Assembly (NCBI GenBank): GCA_963925015.1
Contig: CAWUTX010000021.1
Location: 1-53,428, forward strand
Direction of reading: 5' to 3'
DNA length: 53,428 nucleotides
DNA from: an uncultured Gammaproteobacteria bacterium
Lineage (GTDB): Bacteria; Pseudomonadota; Gammaproteobacteria; SURF-13
Within the stretch, counting starts at the first letter, position 1. Each line of letters opens with the position of its first letter. The notes under the pieces were generated by a model, which was not told where the DNA came from, did not search any database, and saw only the letters and a program-made list of their open reading frames with translations. Both the position numbers and the translations under genes were made by a program. Below, piece by piece: positions 39,180 through 49,289 of the stretch.

Positions 39180-39190
39180 CCCCATTGATT
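39164..39190 (+). repeat. REP, copy 3 (downstream flank of RAYT, supplies its last codons and stop)
   Basis: AATCAATCGAGTCTGACCCCATTGATT. RAYT ends ...RINRV* inside it. Confidence 0.85.
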
Positions 39191-39250
39191 TACTGCCATC
39201 CCGCCATACGGTATCTGACCACTTGTGTGTGAGATTTGGCCCCGTGTGCG

Positions 39251-40468
39251 CTATAACCCCCTGCGCGATAGCGTCAGCGTGGCATTTGTGCCGCCAAAGC
39301 CGAAGCTGTTCGACATCGCGGTTTGAATATTCGCGTTGTCAATTCGCTGGCGAACGATAGGCAGACCCTCGGCGGCAGCATCCAACGTTTCGATATTGGC
39401 CGAAGCCGCAATGAAATTATTTTCCATCATCAGCAAGGTGTAGATAGCTTCATTCACGCCTGCCGCCCCCAACGCATGGCCAGAGAGTGACTTGGTCGAG
39501 GCAATGGCCGGCGCGCTGTTGCCAAACACCGCGCGAATCGCTTCCAGCTCCTTGACATCGCCGACCGGTGTGCTGGTGCCGTGGGTATTGATGTAATCCA
39601 CTTCTCCCTCAACTCCCTGCAATGCCATCAACATGCATCTGGCCGCGCCTTCACCACTCGGCGCGACCATGTCGTGGCCATCGGAAGTGGCGCCATAACC
39701 GACCACCTCGGCATAAATTTTTGCACCACGTTTTTTTGCGTGTTCGAGCTCCTCCAATACCAAAATTCCACCGCCGCCGGAGATGACGAAGCCATCACGA
39801 TCGGCATCATAAGTGCGCGAGGCCTTTTGTGGCATGTCGTTATATTTGCTTGAAAGCGCGCCCATGGCGTCGAACAAAAAGGCCATGGTCCAGTGCTCTT
39901 CTTCCGCACCACCGGCAAACACGATATCCTGCTTGCCCATCTGGATTTGTTCCACGCCATTACCGATACAGTGCGCGCTGGTGGCACAAGCTGAGCTAAT
40001 GCCGTAGTTGACACCCTTGATCTTCGCACCCGTGGCTAGGCAGGCTACCACGCCGCTCGACATGGTTTTCGTTACCATGTAAGGGCCAACGCGGCGAATG
40101 CCTTTCTCCGCCAGAATATTTGTGGCTTCCAGCATGCTTTCGGTAGATGTGCCGCCCGCGCCAACGATGAGTCCGGTACGGATATTGGATACCAGTTCCA
40201 GCGGCAAGTTGGCATCGGCTATCGCTTCCTGCATGGCGATCCAGGCGTAAGCATGGCCATTGGCCATAAAGCGCATTAACTTGCGGTCAATCAGCTCCGC
40301 GACATTCAAACGGATAGGCCCGCAAACATTGGAGCGCAAGCCATGATCGGCATATTCCTGACTGAATGCGATGCCGGAACGGCCTTCACGCAGGCTATCA
40401 AGAACTTCAGCTTTATTATTACCGAGGCTGGAGACTATCCCCATACCAGTAACAACGACATGGCGCAT
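39251..40468 (-). CDS. fabB: 3-oxoacyl-ACP synthase I
   Basis: Collinear with E. coli FabB from memory ([61 protein letters not shown], the HGTSTP.GD and [10 protein letters not shown] blocks). The start is taken at MRHVVVTG. Confidence 0.95.
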   Translation of the reverse strand: MRHVVVTGMGIVSSLGNNKAEVLDSLREGRSGIAFSQEYADHGLRSNVCGPIRLNVAELIDRKLMRFMANGHAYAWIAMQEAIADANLPLELVSNIRTGLIVGAGGTSTESMLEATNILAEKGIRRVGPYMVTKTMSSGVVACLATGAKIKGVNYGISSACATSAHCIGNGVEQIQMGKQDIVFAGGAEEEHWTMAFLFDAMGALSSKYNDMPQKASRTYDADRDGFVISGGGGILVLEELEHAKKRGAKIYAEVVGYGATSDGHDMVAPSGEGAARCMLMALQGVEGEVDYINTHGTSTPVGDVKELEAIRAVFGNSAPAIASTKSLSGHALGAAGVNEAIYTLLMMENNFIAASANIETLDAAAEGLPIVRQRIDNANIQTAMSNSFGFGGTNATLTLSRRGL

Positions 40469-40494
40469 ATTCGTGCTCTCCAAAATTAGCTCTA

Positions 40495-41010
40495 CTAAAA
40501 ATTATCCGTGCGCGTGAACAAACCCACGCGCAAATCGCTGGCCACGTAGATTTCCCGGCCATCCAGCGCCATGCTCGCATCGGCAATGCCCATTACCAGC
40601 TTGCGCATAATGACGCGCTTAAGATCGATGGTGTAAGTGACCAGTTTACCTGTTGGCAACACTTGGCCACTAAATTTAACTTCGCCGACACCCAGCGCGC
40701 GGCCACGTCCCGGCCCTCCCATCCAGCCCAGGAAAAAACCCACCAGTTGCCACATCGCATCTAACCCGAGACAGCCGGGCATCACCGGGTCACCTACAAA
40801 GTGGCACCCAAAAAACCATAGATCGGGCCGCACGTCGAATTCAGCGACGATCTGGCCATTGCCATACTTCCCGCCATCCTCGGTAATCGAAATGATGCGG
40901 TCGAACATCAGCATCGGTGGCAATGGCAATTGCGCGTTGCCTATCCCAAATAATTCGCCCCGTCCGCAGGCAAGCAGCTCCTCGTAAGTAAAGCTATTAT
41001 TTTTTTGCAT
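40495..41010 (-). CDS. fabA: 3-hydroxydecanoyl-ACP dehydratase/isomerase
   Basis: [29 protein letters not shown]...GG.YG.G...[35 protein letters not shown]. Confidence 0.95.
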   Translation of the reverse strand: MQKNNSFTYEELLACGRGELFGIGNAQLPLPPMLMFDRIISITEDGGKYGNGQIVAEFDVRPDLWFFGCHFVGDPVMPGCLGLDAMWQLVGFFLGWMGGPGRGRALGVGEVKFSGQVLPTGKLVTYTIDLKRVIMRKLVMGIADASMALDGREIYVASDLRVGLFTRTDNF

Positions 41011-41078
41011 GTGTTTTGCGGTCAGCGCCGAATGAATAGGCTGCTATTTTCGCCGACCGACTTTGTGCAAGTCAATCG

Positions 41079-41104
41079 AATCAATGGGGTCAGACTCGAT
41101 TGAT
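41079..41104 (-). repeat. REP, copy 4 (inverted)
   Basis: AATCAATGGGGTCAGACTCGATTGAT, identical to copy 2. Confidence 0.85.
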
Positions 41105-41107
41105 ATT

Positions 41108-41244
41108 ATAAAGCCTGGGTGTTGGGCAATGATCGGTTCAAGCAACGCATTCAAAAGCGATTGGAGAGATGAGTTGAGCCGGGAGCCAGGGGCGGGGGGA
41201 TAGAAAATCAGAACAATTCAGAATCAATCGAGTCTGACCCCATT
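41108..41244 (+). pseudogene. internally deleted RAYT/REP unit: duplicate of the last ~110 bp of RAYT plus REP copy 5
   Basis: ATAAAGCCTGGGTGTT.GGCAATGATCGGTTCAAGCAACGCATTCAAAAGCGATTGGAGAGA...GAAAATCAGAACAATTCAGAATCAATCGAGTCTGACCCCATT matches 39052-39190 with only a few differences. Confidence 0.85.
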
Positions 41245-41625
41245 TACAACCAACCCATGCACGCGCTTAAATTCTTTGCTATTCGCTGTGACCACGCCAT
41301 AACCATAGGCAATAGCCGTCGCCGCAATAATTCGATCATGTGCCCCTACCGCCCCGCGCGGCAACTCAGCACACATTTGGGCATGAATTCGTGCCACATC
41401 AGCATCGAAGATCAGGGCAGGTAATATAGACAATATATATTCGACGAAGGCAGAGCGTTTTACACGCTGCGCTTTCGTCGTTGCCTTGTATACGCCTACC
41501 AGCAATTCGGATACCGTGATAACGCTGATATAAACCGCCTCATCCTGAGCCCAGGATTTGGAATTAAACGGCAACCCGCGCTGCTCTGAGTCAATGAGTA
41601 CACTCGTATCTAAAATTAATCCCAT
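41224..41625 (-). CDS. vapC: PIN-domain toxin VapC
   Basis: ILDTSVLI (first Asp), TVSEL (Glu), HDRIIAATA (Asp) PIN signature. It overlaps the upstream antitoxin by 10 nt. Confidence 0.85.
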   Translation of the reverse strand: MGLILDTSVLIDSEQRGLPFNSKSWAQDEAVYISVITVSELLVGVYKATTKAQRVKRSAFVEYILSILPALIFDADVARIHAQMCAELPRGAVGAHDRIIAATAIAYGYGVVTANSKEFKRVHGLVVNGVRLD

Positions 41626-41891
41626 ACGTTGGGAGGCATCACGGCATCACGTCTAACAGCGGCCAAATCCTGTTTAAAGGTGCCAGCATCATCGCCCAGT
41701 GACGGCATAGCCGCATAAAACGCCTCTAAGTCAGCAACCTTAAGTCTCGCTGCCGGCTGTGCCGGACACAAGCGCGCGACGACCTCCCGGCCACGCTTAA
41801 TATCAAACTGCGCTCCTTGGTAGCGCACCTGATTCAATAGCTCCGAGAAATTACGGGCGGCTTCGCCGGAGTTTATTTGTTTCGCCTTCAT
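41616..41891 (-). CDS. type II antitoxin (Phd/YefM-like N-terminus)
   Basis: The 91-aa ORF has an N-terminal ...EAARNFSELLNQV...G..F.I.RGREVVARL.P pattern typical of Phd/YefM-type antitoxins. AGGAG RBS at 8 nt. Confidence 0.75.
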   Translation of the reverse strand: MKAKQINSGEAARNFSELLNQVRYQGAQFDIKRGREVVARLCPAQPAARLKVADLEAFYAAMPSLGDDAGTFKQDLAAVRRDAVMPPNVWD

Positions 41892-41929
41892 GACGGTTAC
41901 TCCTATGCCTGCATCGTGAATATAATAAT

Positions 41930-41957
41930 ATTATAATCATATATTCAGAAAATACAA
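41930..41957 (-). promoter_or_regulatory. candidate sigma70 promoter with AT-rich palindromic operator for the antitoxin-vapC operon
   Basis: On the minus strand: TTGTAT - 16 nt - TATAAT, followed by the TAATATTA palindrome, about 40 nt upstream of the antitoxin ATG. Confidence 0.45.
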
Positions 41958-42029
41958 GAATTGCCCGAAGATACGCTGCAGGGCTTAATTAACGCACTCC
42001 GCTAACGCGTCCGGTGCAATGCGCTTCAC

Positions 42030-42224
42030 TTATTGGCACCCTACGTTATGATAGATGTCGTGCAGGTGGTCTTTAACGGTCTGTTGCGAGATAAAAAGTC
42101 GTTCGGCGATCTGCTGGTTGGACAAACCCCGCAGGGTATGGACCACGATTTCCCGCTGTTTTGGAGTCAAACCTAAGGCGGCTAACTTCGAGCGTACTGG
42201 AACGGTATCTTCCAGCCCGTTCAA
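42030..42224 (-). pseudogene. LuxR/GerE-type HTH fragment (no receiver or ligand domain, C-terminal helix cut short)
   Basis: LTPKQREIVVHTLRGLSNQQIAERLFISQQTVKDHL..IY is a GerE HTH. Only 64 codons, with no ATG start. It abuts the solo IS3 inverted repeat. Confidence 0.7.
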
Positions 42225-42226
42225 AT

Positions 42227-42255
42227 TTGGAAGACGAAATTCGAGGGACAGCTCA
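42227..42255 (+). mobile_element. solo IS3-family right inverted repeat (remnant)
   Basis: TTGGAAGACGAAATTCGAGGGACAGCTCA versus TTGGAAGACGAAATTCGAGGGGAAGCTCA at 25645-25673 (27/29 identical, same orientation). Confidence 0.8.
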
Positions 42256-42257
42256 TT

Positions 42258-42461
42258 GTGCCGACGGTACCCCAGGACCGGTTCTATTTACGGGTGTCAC
42301 CGGAGCAGATCAAGCAGTTTGACCTGATTGATCCGGGCGTGCGTGAAATCACCATCTCGCCAGATGGAGAGTTTATCCATGGTGTGGACTTTTTGTTGAG
42401 AAAAACCCCGGCTAGGCCAATGCCCGACCTTCCGCGCGAGGAACCTCATGAACAAAAATGA
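42258..42461 (+). CDS. hypothetical 67-aa protein (doubtful)
   Basis: GTG-start ORF beginning 2 nt after the IS remnant. No recognisable motif. It overlaps the next ORF by 14 nt. Confidence 0.25.
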   Translation: MPTVPQDRFYLRVSPEQIKQFDLIDPGVREITISPDGEFIHGVDFLLRKTPARPMPDLPREEPHEQK

Positions 42462-42870
42462 CTTCCAGCAAAACCGCCTGGCTCAAGCCGTTGCCTGCGT
42501 GCTTGCGATCGGCAGCATGGCCTGGGTCCACAACAGCGACGCGGCCACGGCAACGGTGCTTGAGTCGGTGTCAGTCATCGTTATAGGGCCAGAAGAAGTC
42601 GTGACTACTCCAGTCTTGGCAGGCACGGTTTTCACTATCAACAGTTTCACGGAAAGCCTGTCCACCAGTAACCCTTTGTTGCGTAGTGCACCGCCTCCGG
42701 CGGATGTTGTAAGTGGGACTAGCGGAGCCGGTGCGCCGCCTGCCGCTGACAGTGCGGCCGTCGTCGTGACGGTCAATGCCGACGGCTCCCTGAGCGTCAG
42801 CGGCGGCTCAAACTTGATGTTTGCCCTGGCGCAGCCGGCCGACTGCGCGGTGATCATTGAGTACAACTGA
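42448..42870 (+). CDS. hypothetical secreted protein (signal peptide, Ser/Thr/Val/Ala-rich)
   Basis: GAGGA RBS 5-6 nt before the ATG. Signal peptide ...VACVLAIGSMAWVHNSDA|ATA, then a 105-aa mature beta-rich sequence with a single Cys near the C-terminus. I recognise no family. A terminator-like hairpin lies downstream. Confidence 0.55.
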   Translation: MNKNDFQQNRLAQAVACVLAIGSMAWVHNSDAATATVLESVSVIVIGPEEVVTTPVLAGTVFTINSFTESLSTSNPLLRSAPPPADVVSGTSGAGAPPAADSAAVVVTVNADGSLSVSGGSNLMFALAQPADCAVIIEYN

Positions 42871-42909
42871 GCAACTATACAATAGCAGGGTCACGAAGAT
42901 AAAAGAATA

Positions 42910-42931
42910 AAAAGGGGGGTACTGCCCTTTT
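42910..42931 (+). terminator. candidate intrinsic terminator
   Basis: AAAAGGG-GGGTACTG-CCCTTTT followed by ATCC, 40 nt after the stop of the secreted-protein ORF. Confidence 0.45.
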
Positions 42932-43140
42932 ATCCGAATCAAGGCACAGCTTAAATGGTACCGTCCGCTTTATTCTTGGGACACCCCCTAGCCTACTACC
43001 GCTGTTCGCAACATCATGCCGCTTGTTGCCGACCAGATTAAATGGCCAGAGCCATTTAGCTGATCCGCATAGCGACGCGGTCACGATTTTGCGTTTGTTG
43101 CATCACGTAGGACAGTGGCCTTGATTCCCAAGCAGGTACC

Positions 43141-46100
43141 TCAATCAATCCACTTCCGGGCATTACGGAACATGCGCAGCCACGGCGCGTCATCGCTCCA
43201 ATCGGCAGGGTGCCAGGAATTGGATACGGTGCGGATCACTCGCTCCGGGTGCGGCATCATGACGGTGTAGCGTCCGTCGGGGGTGGTGAGGCCGGCGATG
43301 CCGAGCGGTGAGCCGTTGGGGTTGGTGGGATAGGCTTCGGTGGGATGGCCGTTGTTGTCCGCCCAGCGCAGCGCCACGATGCCCTGAGCCAAGGATTGCT
43401 CCGGGCTGGTGCCGGGACGGAACAGGGCGCGGCCTTCGCCGTGCGCCACCGCAATGGGCAGGCGCGAGCCGGCCATGTCGTGCAGGAACAACGACGGCGA
43501 GGCGGGAATTTCGACCAGAGAGAACCGCCCCTCGAATTGTTCTGATGTGTTGCGCATAAACTGTGGCCAGCGTTCCGCGCCCGGAATGAGTTCGTATAGG
43601 TTCGACATCATCTGGCAGCCGTTGCAGATGCCGAGGCCGAAGGTATCGGTGCGTGTGAAAAATGCACTGAACTCGTCACGTGCGCGCGCATTGAACAGAA
43701 TGGATTTGGCCCAGCCCTGTCCCGCGCCCAGCACATCGCCGTAGGAAAAGCCGCCGGGCGCGGCGAGACCCTGAAATTCAAGCAGCGAGACGCGGCCAGC
43801 GAGTATGTCGCTCATGTGTACGTCGATGGCGGAAAATCTGGCACGGTCGAAGGCCGCAGCGAGTTCGATGTGGCCGTTTACGCCCTGCTCGCGCAAGATG
43901 GCGATGCGCGGACGCAGGCCTTTTTTTAGGTACGGCGCGGCGATGTCATTGTTCGGATCGAAACTGAGTTGCGCGTTCAGGCCGGGATCGCGCGCATCGA
44001 GCAGGGCATCATATTCCTGCTGCGCGCAAACGGGGTTGTCGCGCAGTGTCTGCATCTGGTACGAGGTCTCTGACCAGGCGCGCTGAAGATTGATACGTGT
44101 GTCGCTGAGCAGTGTTTGTCCCCACTGTGTCACCACAATATCATCGGTGTCGTTAAGTGTGCCGATAGCATGTGTGTATGGTTCCAGACCGGCTGCTTGC
44201 AGTATTTTTAATACGGCGGTTCTGTCCGTGCGGCGTATCTGCACGACAGCACCCAGCTCCTCGCTGAACAGCGCGGCATGAATATCATTGCCGGGTTCAT
44301 CAAGTTTCAAGGTGAGGCCGGTGTGCGCGGCAAAGGCCATTTCGCATACAGTGGCAAACAGGCCGCCGTCTGAGCGGTCGTGATAAGCGAGAATGAAATT
44401 ATTTTCGTTGAGCGCTTGCAGTGCGGTGAACAGCGCCTTGAGCAGTGTCGGGTCGTCCACATCCGGCGCTTGTGTGCCGATTTCGTTATAGACCTGCGCG
44501 AGCACGGAACCGCCGAGGCGATTTTTATCCTGTCCCAGATCAATGAGCAGTAGCTCGGTGTCGCCCTGATCGACGCGTAATTGCGGTGTCAGTGTGCGGC
44601 GGCAGTCGTGTACGCGCGCAAAGGCGCTGACGATGAGCGACAGCGGCGCAGTTACCGATTTCTCCACACTATTTTCGCGCCACACGGTTTTCATGGAGAG
44701 CGAGTCTTTGCCCACCGGGATGGCGATGCCGAGCGCCGGGCATAGTTCCATGCCGACGGCGCGTACGGCGTCATACAGTGCTGCGTCTTCGCCGGGATGA
44801 CCTGCAGCGGCCATCCAGTTGGCGGAGAGTGTGATGTCGGAAAGTTGGGTGATGCGTGCTGCGGCGATATTGGTGATGGCTTCGCCCACCGCCATCCGCG
44901 CGGAGGCCGCCGGGTGGATGAGCGCGAGCGGCGCACGCTCGCCGAGGGCCATGGCCTCGCCGGTGTAGGTGTCAAAGCTCGTGGCGGTGACGGCAACGTC
45001 CGCCACCGCAGCCTGCCACGGGCCGACCATCTGGTCGCGCGTCACCAGCCCGCCGACGCTGCGGTCGCCGATGGTAATCAGAAAACCCTTGTTCGCCACA
45101 GCGGGGAAACGCAGCACGCGCAGTGCGGCCTCGTGCAGATTGATTTTGCTGCAATCAAATCCGGAAAGTAGCGGCGGCGCATGGCGCACGTCGCGCAGCA
45201 TTTTGGGCGGTTTGCCGAGCAGCATGTGGAGCGCGAGGTCGATAGGCGTGTTGTGAAACTGCGCATCTACCAGCGCGAGCTGTTCGTCCACAGTAGCCTC
45301 GCCTACCACGGCATAGGGGCAGCGTTCGCGCGCACACAGCGCGGCAAATTCATCGCGCCGCTCAGGTGCTACCGCCAGCACGTAACGCTCCTGCGCTTCG
45401 TTGCACCAGAGCTGCATGGGCGACATGCCGCTGTCGTCGCTCAGTATCTCGCGCAGTTCGATGCGCGCACCGCGCGCACTGCCGTGCACCAGTTCCGGCA
45501 GTGCGTTGGACAGGCCACCCGCGCCGACGTCGTGTAGCGAGAGGATAGGATTGGCATCGCCCAGTTGCCAGCACTGGTCGATCACTTCCTGGCAGCGGCG
45601 CTGCATCTCGGGATTGCCGCGCTGCACCGAGGCGAAATCGAGCGCCTGGTCGCCGCTGCCGCTGGTGATCGACGATGCCGCGCCGCCGCCCAGCCCGATC
45701 AGCATCGCCGGCCCGCCGAGCACGATGAGTAATGCGCGCGGCGGGATTTCATTTTTTTCGACATGCCCCGAGCGGATGTTGCCGACGCCACCCGCTAGCA
45801 TGATGGGTTTGTGGTAGCCGCGCCGGTCGATACCGTGTTCGGCTGGCACCTGTGCTTCAAAGGTACGGAAGTAACCGCAGAGGTTCGGGCGGCCGAATTC
45901 GTTGTTGAACGCCGCCGCGCCGAGCGGGCCTTCCAGCATGATGTCGAGGCTCGAGGCGGTGTGGCGCGGCTTGCCGAAGTCATGCTGTTCCCACGGTTGC
46001 ATCGCGCCGGGAATGCGTAAATGCGAAACGGAAAAGCCGCATAAACCCGCTTTGGGTTTGGCGCCACGGCCGGTGGCGCCTTCGTCGCGGATTTCGCCGC

Positions 46101-47034
46101 CGCTGCCGGTGGCCGCGCCCGGAAACGGCGAGATGGCGGTGGGATGATTGTGCGTCTCCACCTTCATCACGATATGCACGTCTTCGGGGTGATAGCGGTA
46201 TTCGCGCCCCGCTGCCGGGAAGAAGCGTCCGGCGCGCGCGCCTTGCATCACGGCGGCATTGTCCTTGTAGGCGGAGAGAATGCCGTGCGGATGTTGCCGG
46301 TGAGTGTTGCGGATCATGTCAAACAGCGACGCATCCTGGCGCACGCCGTCAATGATCCAGTCGGCATTGAATATCTTGTGGCGACAGTGCTCCGAGTTCA
46401 TCTGCGCGAACATCATGAGTTCGACATCGGTTGGGTTGCGTCCGAGCGCCATGAAGTTTTGCAGCAGGTAGTCGATTTCGTCCGCGGTGAGTGCGAGCCC
46501 CAGCGTCTGATCAGCCTTGACCAGTGCGGCCCGGCCGCCGCTCTGTACGTCGATAAAGACTAGCGGCGCGGGTTCTGCGTGCGCGAATAAATTTTCGGCC
46601 TCACGCGCATCGTCCAGCAACTGCTCGGTCATGCGGTCGTGAATGAGGGGTGTGATGTGCTCGCGCTCGGAGCCGGTAAGCGGCGCGCGGTTTGCTTTTG
46701 CGAGATAGTAAATTACGCCGCGCTCGATGCGCCGCACCTGATGGAGTCCGCAGATGTGCGCAATGTCGGTGGCCTTACTCGACCACGGCGAGCGGGTGCC
46801 TATGCGCGGCACGACCAGCAGCGGCTCACCAGCCAGTGCCTGAGTAGCGGAGCCGTAGCCCAGAATCTTTTCGAGTTGCGCGTGCTCTGCGTGGGTGAGC
46901 TCGTGCGCGAGATCAATGAAGTGGATGAAGCTGGCGCCGACGCTGTCGAGATCGGGCACGGCCACCCGCAGGGCAGAGCGCAACTTGTCCAGCCGGAAAC
47001 CGGACAGTGCTTGCGGCCCGTGCAGTGGGAGCAT
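43141..47034 (-). CDS. purL: phosphoribosylformylglycinamidine synthase (large single-chain form)
   Basis: 1297 aa. N-terminal PurS-like domain, AIR-synthase-like repeats ([25 protein letters not shown]), and a C-terminal glutaminase with GICNGCQM and HGEGR. Confidence 0.97.
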   Translation of the reverse strand: MLPLHGPQALSGFRLDKLRSALRVAVPDLDSVGASFIHFIDLAHELTHAEHAQLEKILGYGSATQALAGEPLLVVPRIGTRSPWSSKATDIAHICGLHQVRRIERGVIYYLAKANRAPLTGSEREHITPLIHDRMTEQLLDDAREAENLFAHAEPAPLVFIDVQSGGRAALVKADQTLGLALTADEIDYLLQNFMALGRNPTDVELMMFAQMNSEHCRHKIFNADWIIDGVRQDASLFDMIRNTHRQHPHGILSAYKDNAAVMQGARAGRFFPAAGREYRYHPEDVHIVMKVETHNHPTAISPFPGAATGSGGEIRDEGATGRGAKPKAGLCGFSVSHLRIPGAMQPWEQHDFGKPRHTASSLDIMLEGPLGAAAFNNEFGRPNLCGYFRTFEAQVPAEHGIDRRGYHKPIMLAGGVGNIRSGHVEKNEIPPRALLIVLGGPAMLIGLGGGAASSITSGSGDQALDFASVQRGNPEMQRRCQEVIDQCWQLGDANPILSLHDVGAGGLSNALPELVHGSARGARIELREILSDDSGMSPMQLWCNEAQERYVLAVAPERRDEFAALCARERCPYAVVGEATVDEQLALVDAQFHNTPIDLALHMLLGKPPKMLRDVRHAPPLLSGFDCSKINLHEAALRVLRFPAVANKGFLITIGDRSVGGLVTRDQMVGPWQAAVADVAVTATSFDTYTGEAMALGERAPLALIHPAASARMAVGEAITNIAAARITQLSDITLSANWMAAAGHPGEDAALYDAVRAVGMELCPALGIAIPVGKDSLSMKTVWRENSVEKSVTAPLSLIVSAFARVHDCRRTLTPQLRVDQGDTELLLIDLGQDKNRLGGSVLAQVYNEIGTQAPDVDDPTLLKALFTALQALNENNFILAYHDRSDGGLFATVCEMAFAAHTGLTLKLDEPGNDIHAALFSEELGAVVQIRRTDRTAVLKILQAAGLEPYTHAIGTLNDTDDIVVTQWGQTLLSDTRINLQRAWSETSYQMQTLRDNPVCAQQEYDALLDARDPGLNAQLSFDPNNDIAAPYLKKGLRPRIAILREQGVNGHIELAAAFDRARFSAIDVHMSDILAGRVSLLEFQGLAAPGGFSYGDVLGAGQGWAKSILFNARARDEFSAFFTRTDTFGLGICNGCQMMSNLYELIPGAERWPQFMRNTSEQFEGRFSLVEIPASPSLFLHDMAGSRLPIAVAHGEGRALFRPGTSPEQSLAQGIVALRWADNNGHPTEAYPTNPNGSPLGIAGLTTPDGRYTVMMPHPERVIRTVSNSWHPADWSDDAPWLRMFRNARKWID

Positions 47035-47057
47035 GGCAGGCTTAATACGACTCAGAT

Positions 47058-48200
47058 TTATTTTAACTGTTCGTGTAGCAATGCCAGTATGCGGTTCGAG
47101 GTTTCGGAACTCTCCGCCGCACCGTCCTTGTTGAGTACGGTGATGCGAGTGGTGGCGCCTTCACCCGTCACGCTGACCAGATACTGGATGCTTTCCGCTT
47201 TCTTGTCGCCCTTGCCCCAGAATTTTAGCTTGCTCAAGTAGCCTTCCTTCGTTTCCTCTTTGAGAGGATCGGCATAGCGCACGTAATAGAGGCCGCGTGA
47301 ACGGTCGCGGTCTTCCACCGTGAAGCCGACGCGGTCAAGCGCGAGGCCGGTGCGGCGCCAGGCGCGCGAGAAGTCCTCATCCAGGCTTAGGAAGCTGTTG
47401 CCCTGCGCATCGCGCGTGAGCTGGGCATGCGGCACGTCCTTCGCGCGCGTGAGCAGCGACTTTGCTTTTTGCTCGTCGACGCCGAAGAACACCGCCATGC
47501 GATTGAGCATTTCGATTTCCAGCTCCGGATCGGACGGACGGCTTTGCCAGATGATGGTGGTGCCCTGCGCCACTTCTTCCACGCCGCGATGACTCAAGAA
47601 AAGCTCGGTGCTGTTGGAGTCTTTGCTGCGCTCCAGGCGTACACGGTATTTGTCACGCGTGGCCGAGGAGTAGAGCGAGTCGAACACCTTGCTGATGATG
47701 GAGCGGATCGCGTCTTTCGGGATGTCGGCACGGTTTTCCAGCCAGTCGGTTTCCAGGATGCCAATGCGCGGGTCTTCTTCCTTGATCAGAAATCCGTTCT
47801 GCAGAAAGAATTCACGCACCTTGGGCCAGACCGTTTCCGGCGCGCCCTCCATCACAATCCAGCGTTTGTCGCCGTCGCGCTCGAAGCGGATGTTGCTTTG
47901 CTGGGGCAGCACGTTTTCGCTATGCGCGACCTGCGAACCGCCGCGCTCATCGGTGTAGGAGGACAAGGTCGCGCTGCTTTTCGGGTCGATGTCGGGCACC
48001 GCCATGGTGTCGTCGATGGTGGACTTGGTGAGGTCCGGCGGCACTTCCAGCGCTGGCAGCGTCTGACTCTTTTTGTACTCGGCCTTTTTCTCCGGCGAGA
48101 GTTCGTCGAGCTTGTTGCTGATCGCACTACAGGCACTTAATCCAAACAAGGTAACCAGCAGCGAACAGAAAAGAAAACTACGCATAAACCACATATTCAT
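47058..48200 (-). CDS. bamC: outer-membrane protein assembly factor BamC (lipoprotein)
   Basis: Lipobox LSAC|S, followed by L.VPPDL and the two BamC helix-grip domains. It lies immediately downstream of dapA, as in the E. coli dapA-nlpB arrangement. Confidence 0.85.
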   Translation of the reverse strand: MNMWFMRSFLFCSLLVTLFGLSACSAISNKLDELSPEKKAEYKKSQTLPALEVPPDLTKSTIDDTMAVPDIDPKSSATLSSYTDERGGSQVAHSENVLPQQSNIRFERDGDKRWIVMEGAPETVWPKVREFFLQNGFLIKEEDPRIGILETDWLENRADIPKDAIRSIISKVFDSLYSSATRDKYRVRLERSKDSNSTELFLSHRGVEEVAQGTTIIWQSRPSDPELEIEMLNRMAVFFGVDEQKAKSLLTRAKDVPHAQLTRDAQGNSFLSLDEDFSRAWRRTGLALDRVGFTVEDRDRSRGLYYVRYADPLKEETKEGYLSKLKFWGKGDKKAESIQYLVSVTGEGATTRITVLNKDGAAESSETSNRILALLHEQLK

Positions 48201-48204
48201 TAAC

Positions 48205-49089
48205 CTATGCTATCAAACGGATATCGGCCTGTTGCAGCGCGCGTCGCACACGTTCGTGGCAAGGCGGCGACAGGGGCGTAAGCGGAAGCCGGAGGCCGGA
48301 CGGGATCAGGCCCATCTGGTGCAGCGCCCACTTGACCGGAATCGGGTTGGACTCGATGAACAGCTCCTGGTGCAGGGGCATGAGTCGTTGATTGATCGTA
48401 TCGGCCTGCGTGCGGTCGCCGCGTAATGCGGCGGCACTCATCTCGTGCATGAGTCTCGGCGCCACATTGGCGGTGACCGAGATGACACCCTTGCCGCCCA
48501 TCAGCATCAACTCCATGGCGGTGGCGTCATCACCTGCATACACGTCCATTTTATCACCACAGCGGTCAAGAATCTCGCGCGCGCGCGCAATATTGCCGGT
48601 GGCCTCCTTGATGCCGACGATGTTGGAAACGGCGGCGAGGCGGGCCACGGTCTCCGGCAGCAGGTCGCACGCGGTGCGCCCCGGCACGTTGTAGAGAATT
48701 TGCGGTATCGGCACGGCCTCGGCTACCGCCTTGTAATGCAGGTAGAGGCCCTCCTGCGTGGGCTTGTTGTAGTAAGGCGTGACCAGCAGGCAGGCGTCGG
48801 CGCCGCCCTCCAGGGCGCAGCGCGTAAGCCGGATTGCCTCACTGGTGGCGTTCGCGCCGGTGCCCGCAATGACGGGCACGCGGCCGCGCACCCGTTCGAC
48901 GACTTCGCGGATCAGCGCGCAGTGCTCGTCCTCGTCGAGCGTGGCGGATTCGCCCGTGGTGCCGACCGCGACAATGGCGTCGGTGCCGTTTTCGATGTGG
49001 AATTCGATCAGTCGCGCCAGGCTGTCATGGTCCAGCGCGCCGTCGGGCGACATCGGGGTCACTATGGCCACCATGCTGCCGTGAAACAT
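48205..49089 (-). CDS. dapA: 4-hydroxy-tetrahydrodipicolinate synthase
   Basis: [13 protein letters not shown]... aligns with E. coli MFTGSIVAIVTPM. GTTGES.TL, the active-site Lys context (V.GIKEATGN), Y.VP.RT. The track's 25-aa N-extension was rejected. Confidence 0.95.
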   Translation of the reverse strand: MFHGSMVAIVTPMSPDGALDHDSLARLIEFHIENGTDAIVAVGTTGESATLDEDEHCALIREVVERVRGRVPVIAGTGANATSEAIRLTRCALEGGADACLLVTPYYNKPTQEGLYLHYKAVAEAVPIPQILYNVPGRTACDLLPETVARLAAVSNIVGIKEATGNIARAREILDRCGDKMDVYAGDDATAMELMLMGGKGVISVTANVAPRLMHEMSAAALRGDRTQADTINQRLMPLHQELFIESNPIPVKWALHQMGLIPSGLRLPLTPLSPPCHERVRRALQQADIRLIA

Positions 49090-49289
49090 CAAGACTCTCC
49101 GTTGCTGCCCGATAAGTAATGCTGTGAGGCCCATTATAGGCTTTTTCTGCCTGTTTTCAGTCACCTGCCGGAAGCGGGCATGGTACTTGCTTCCCTATTG
49201 TATGACAAGCGGTCGACATGCGAAGATGATGCAGTTTAACGGGGTCTGGAAGCTGTTTCGGGGTGATCCGCGAAGGGTATTGAAACCGC

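Noticed and set aside
42875-43084. 69-aa minus-strand ORF between the secreted-protein gene and purL.
   Set aside because: No RBS and no motifs. It spans a terminator-like hairpin and is probably non-coding.
49090-49164. 25-codon N-terminal extension of dapA. The analogous 20-codon extension of the ABC ATPase lies at 9222-9281.
   Set aside because: DapA aligns from [13 protein letters not shown]. The ATPase start at 9221 forms an ATGA overlap with the upstream permease. The extensions are low-complexity.
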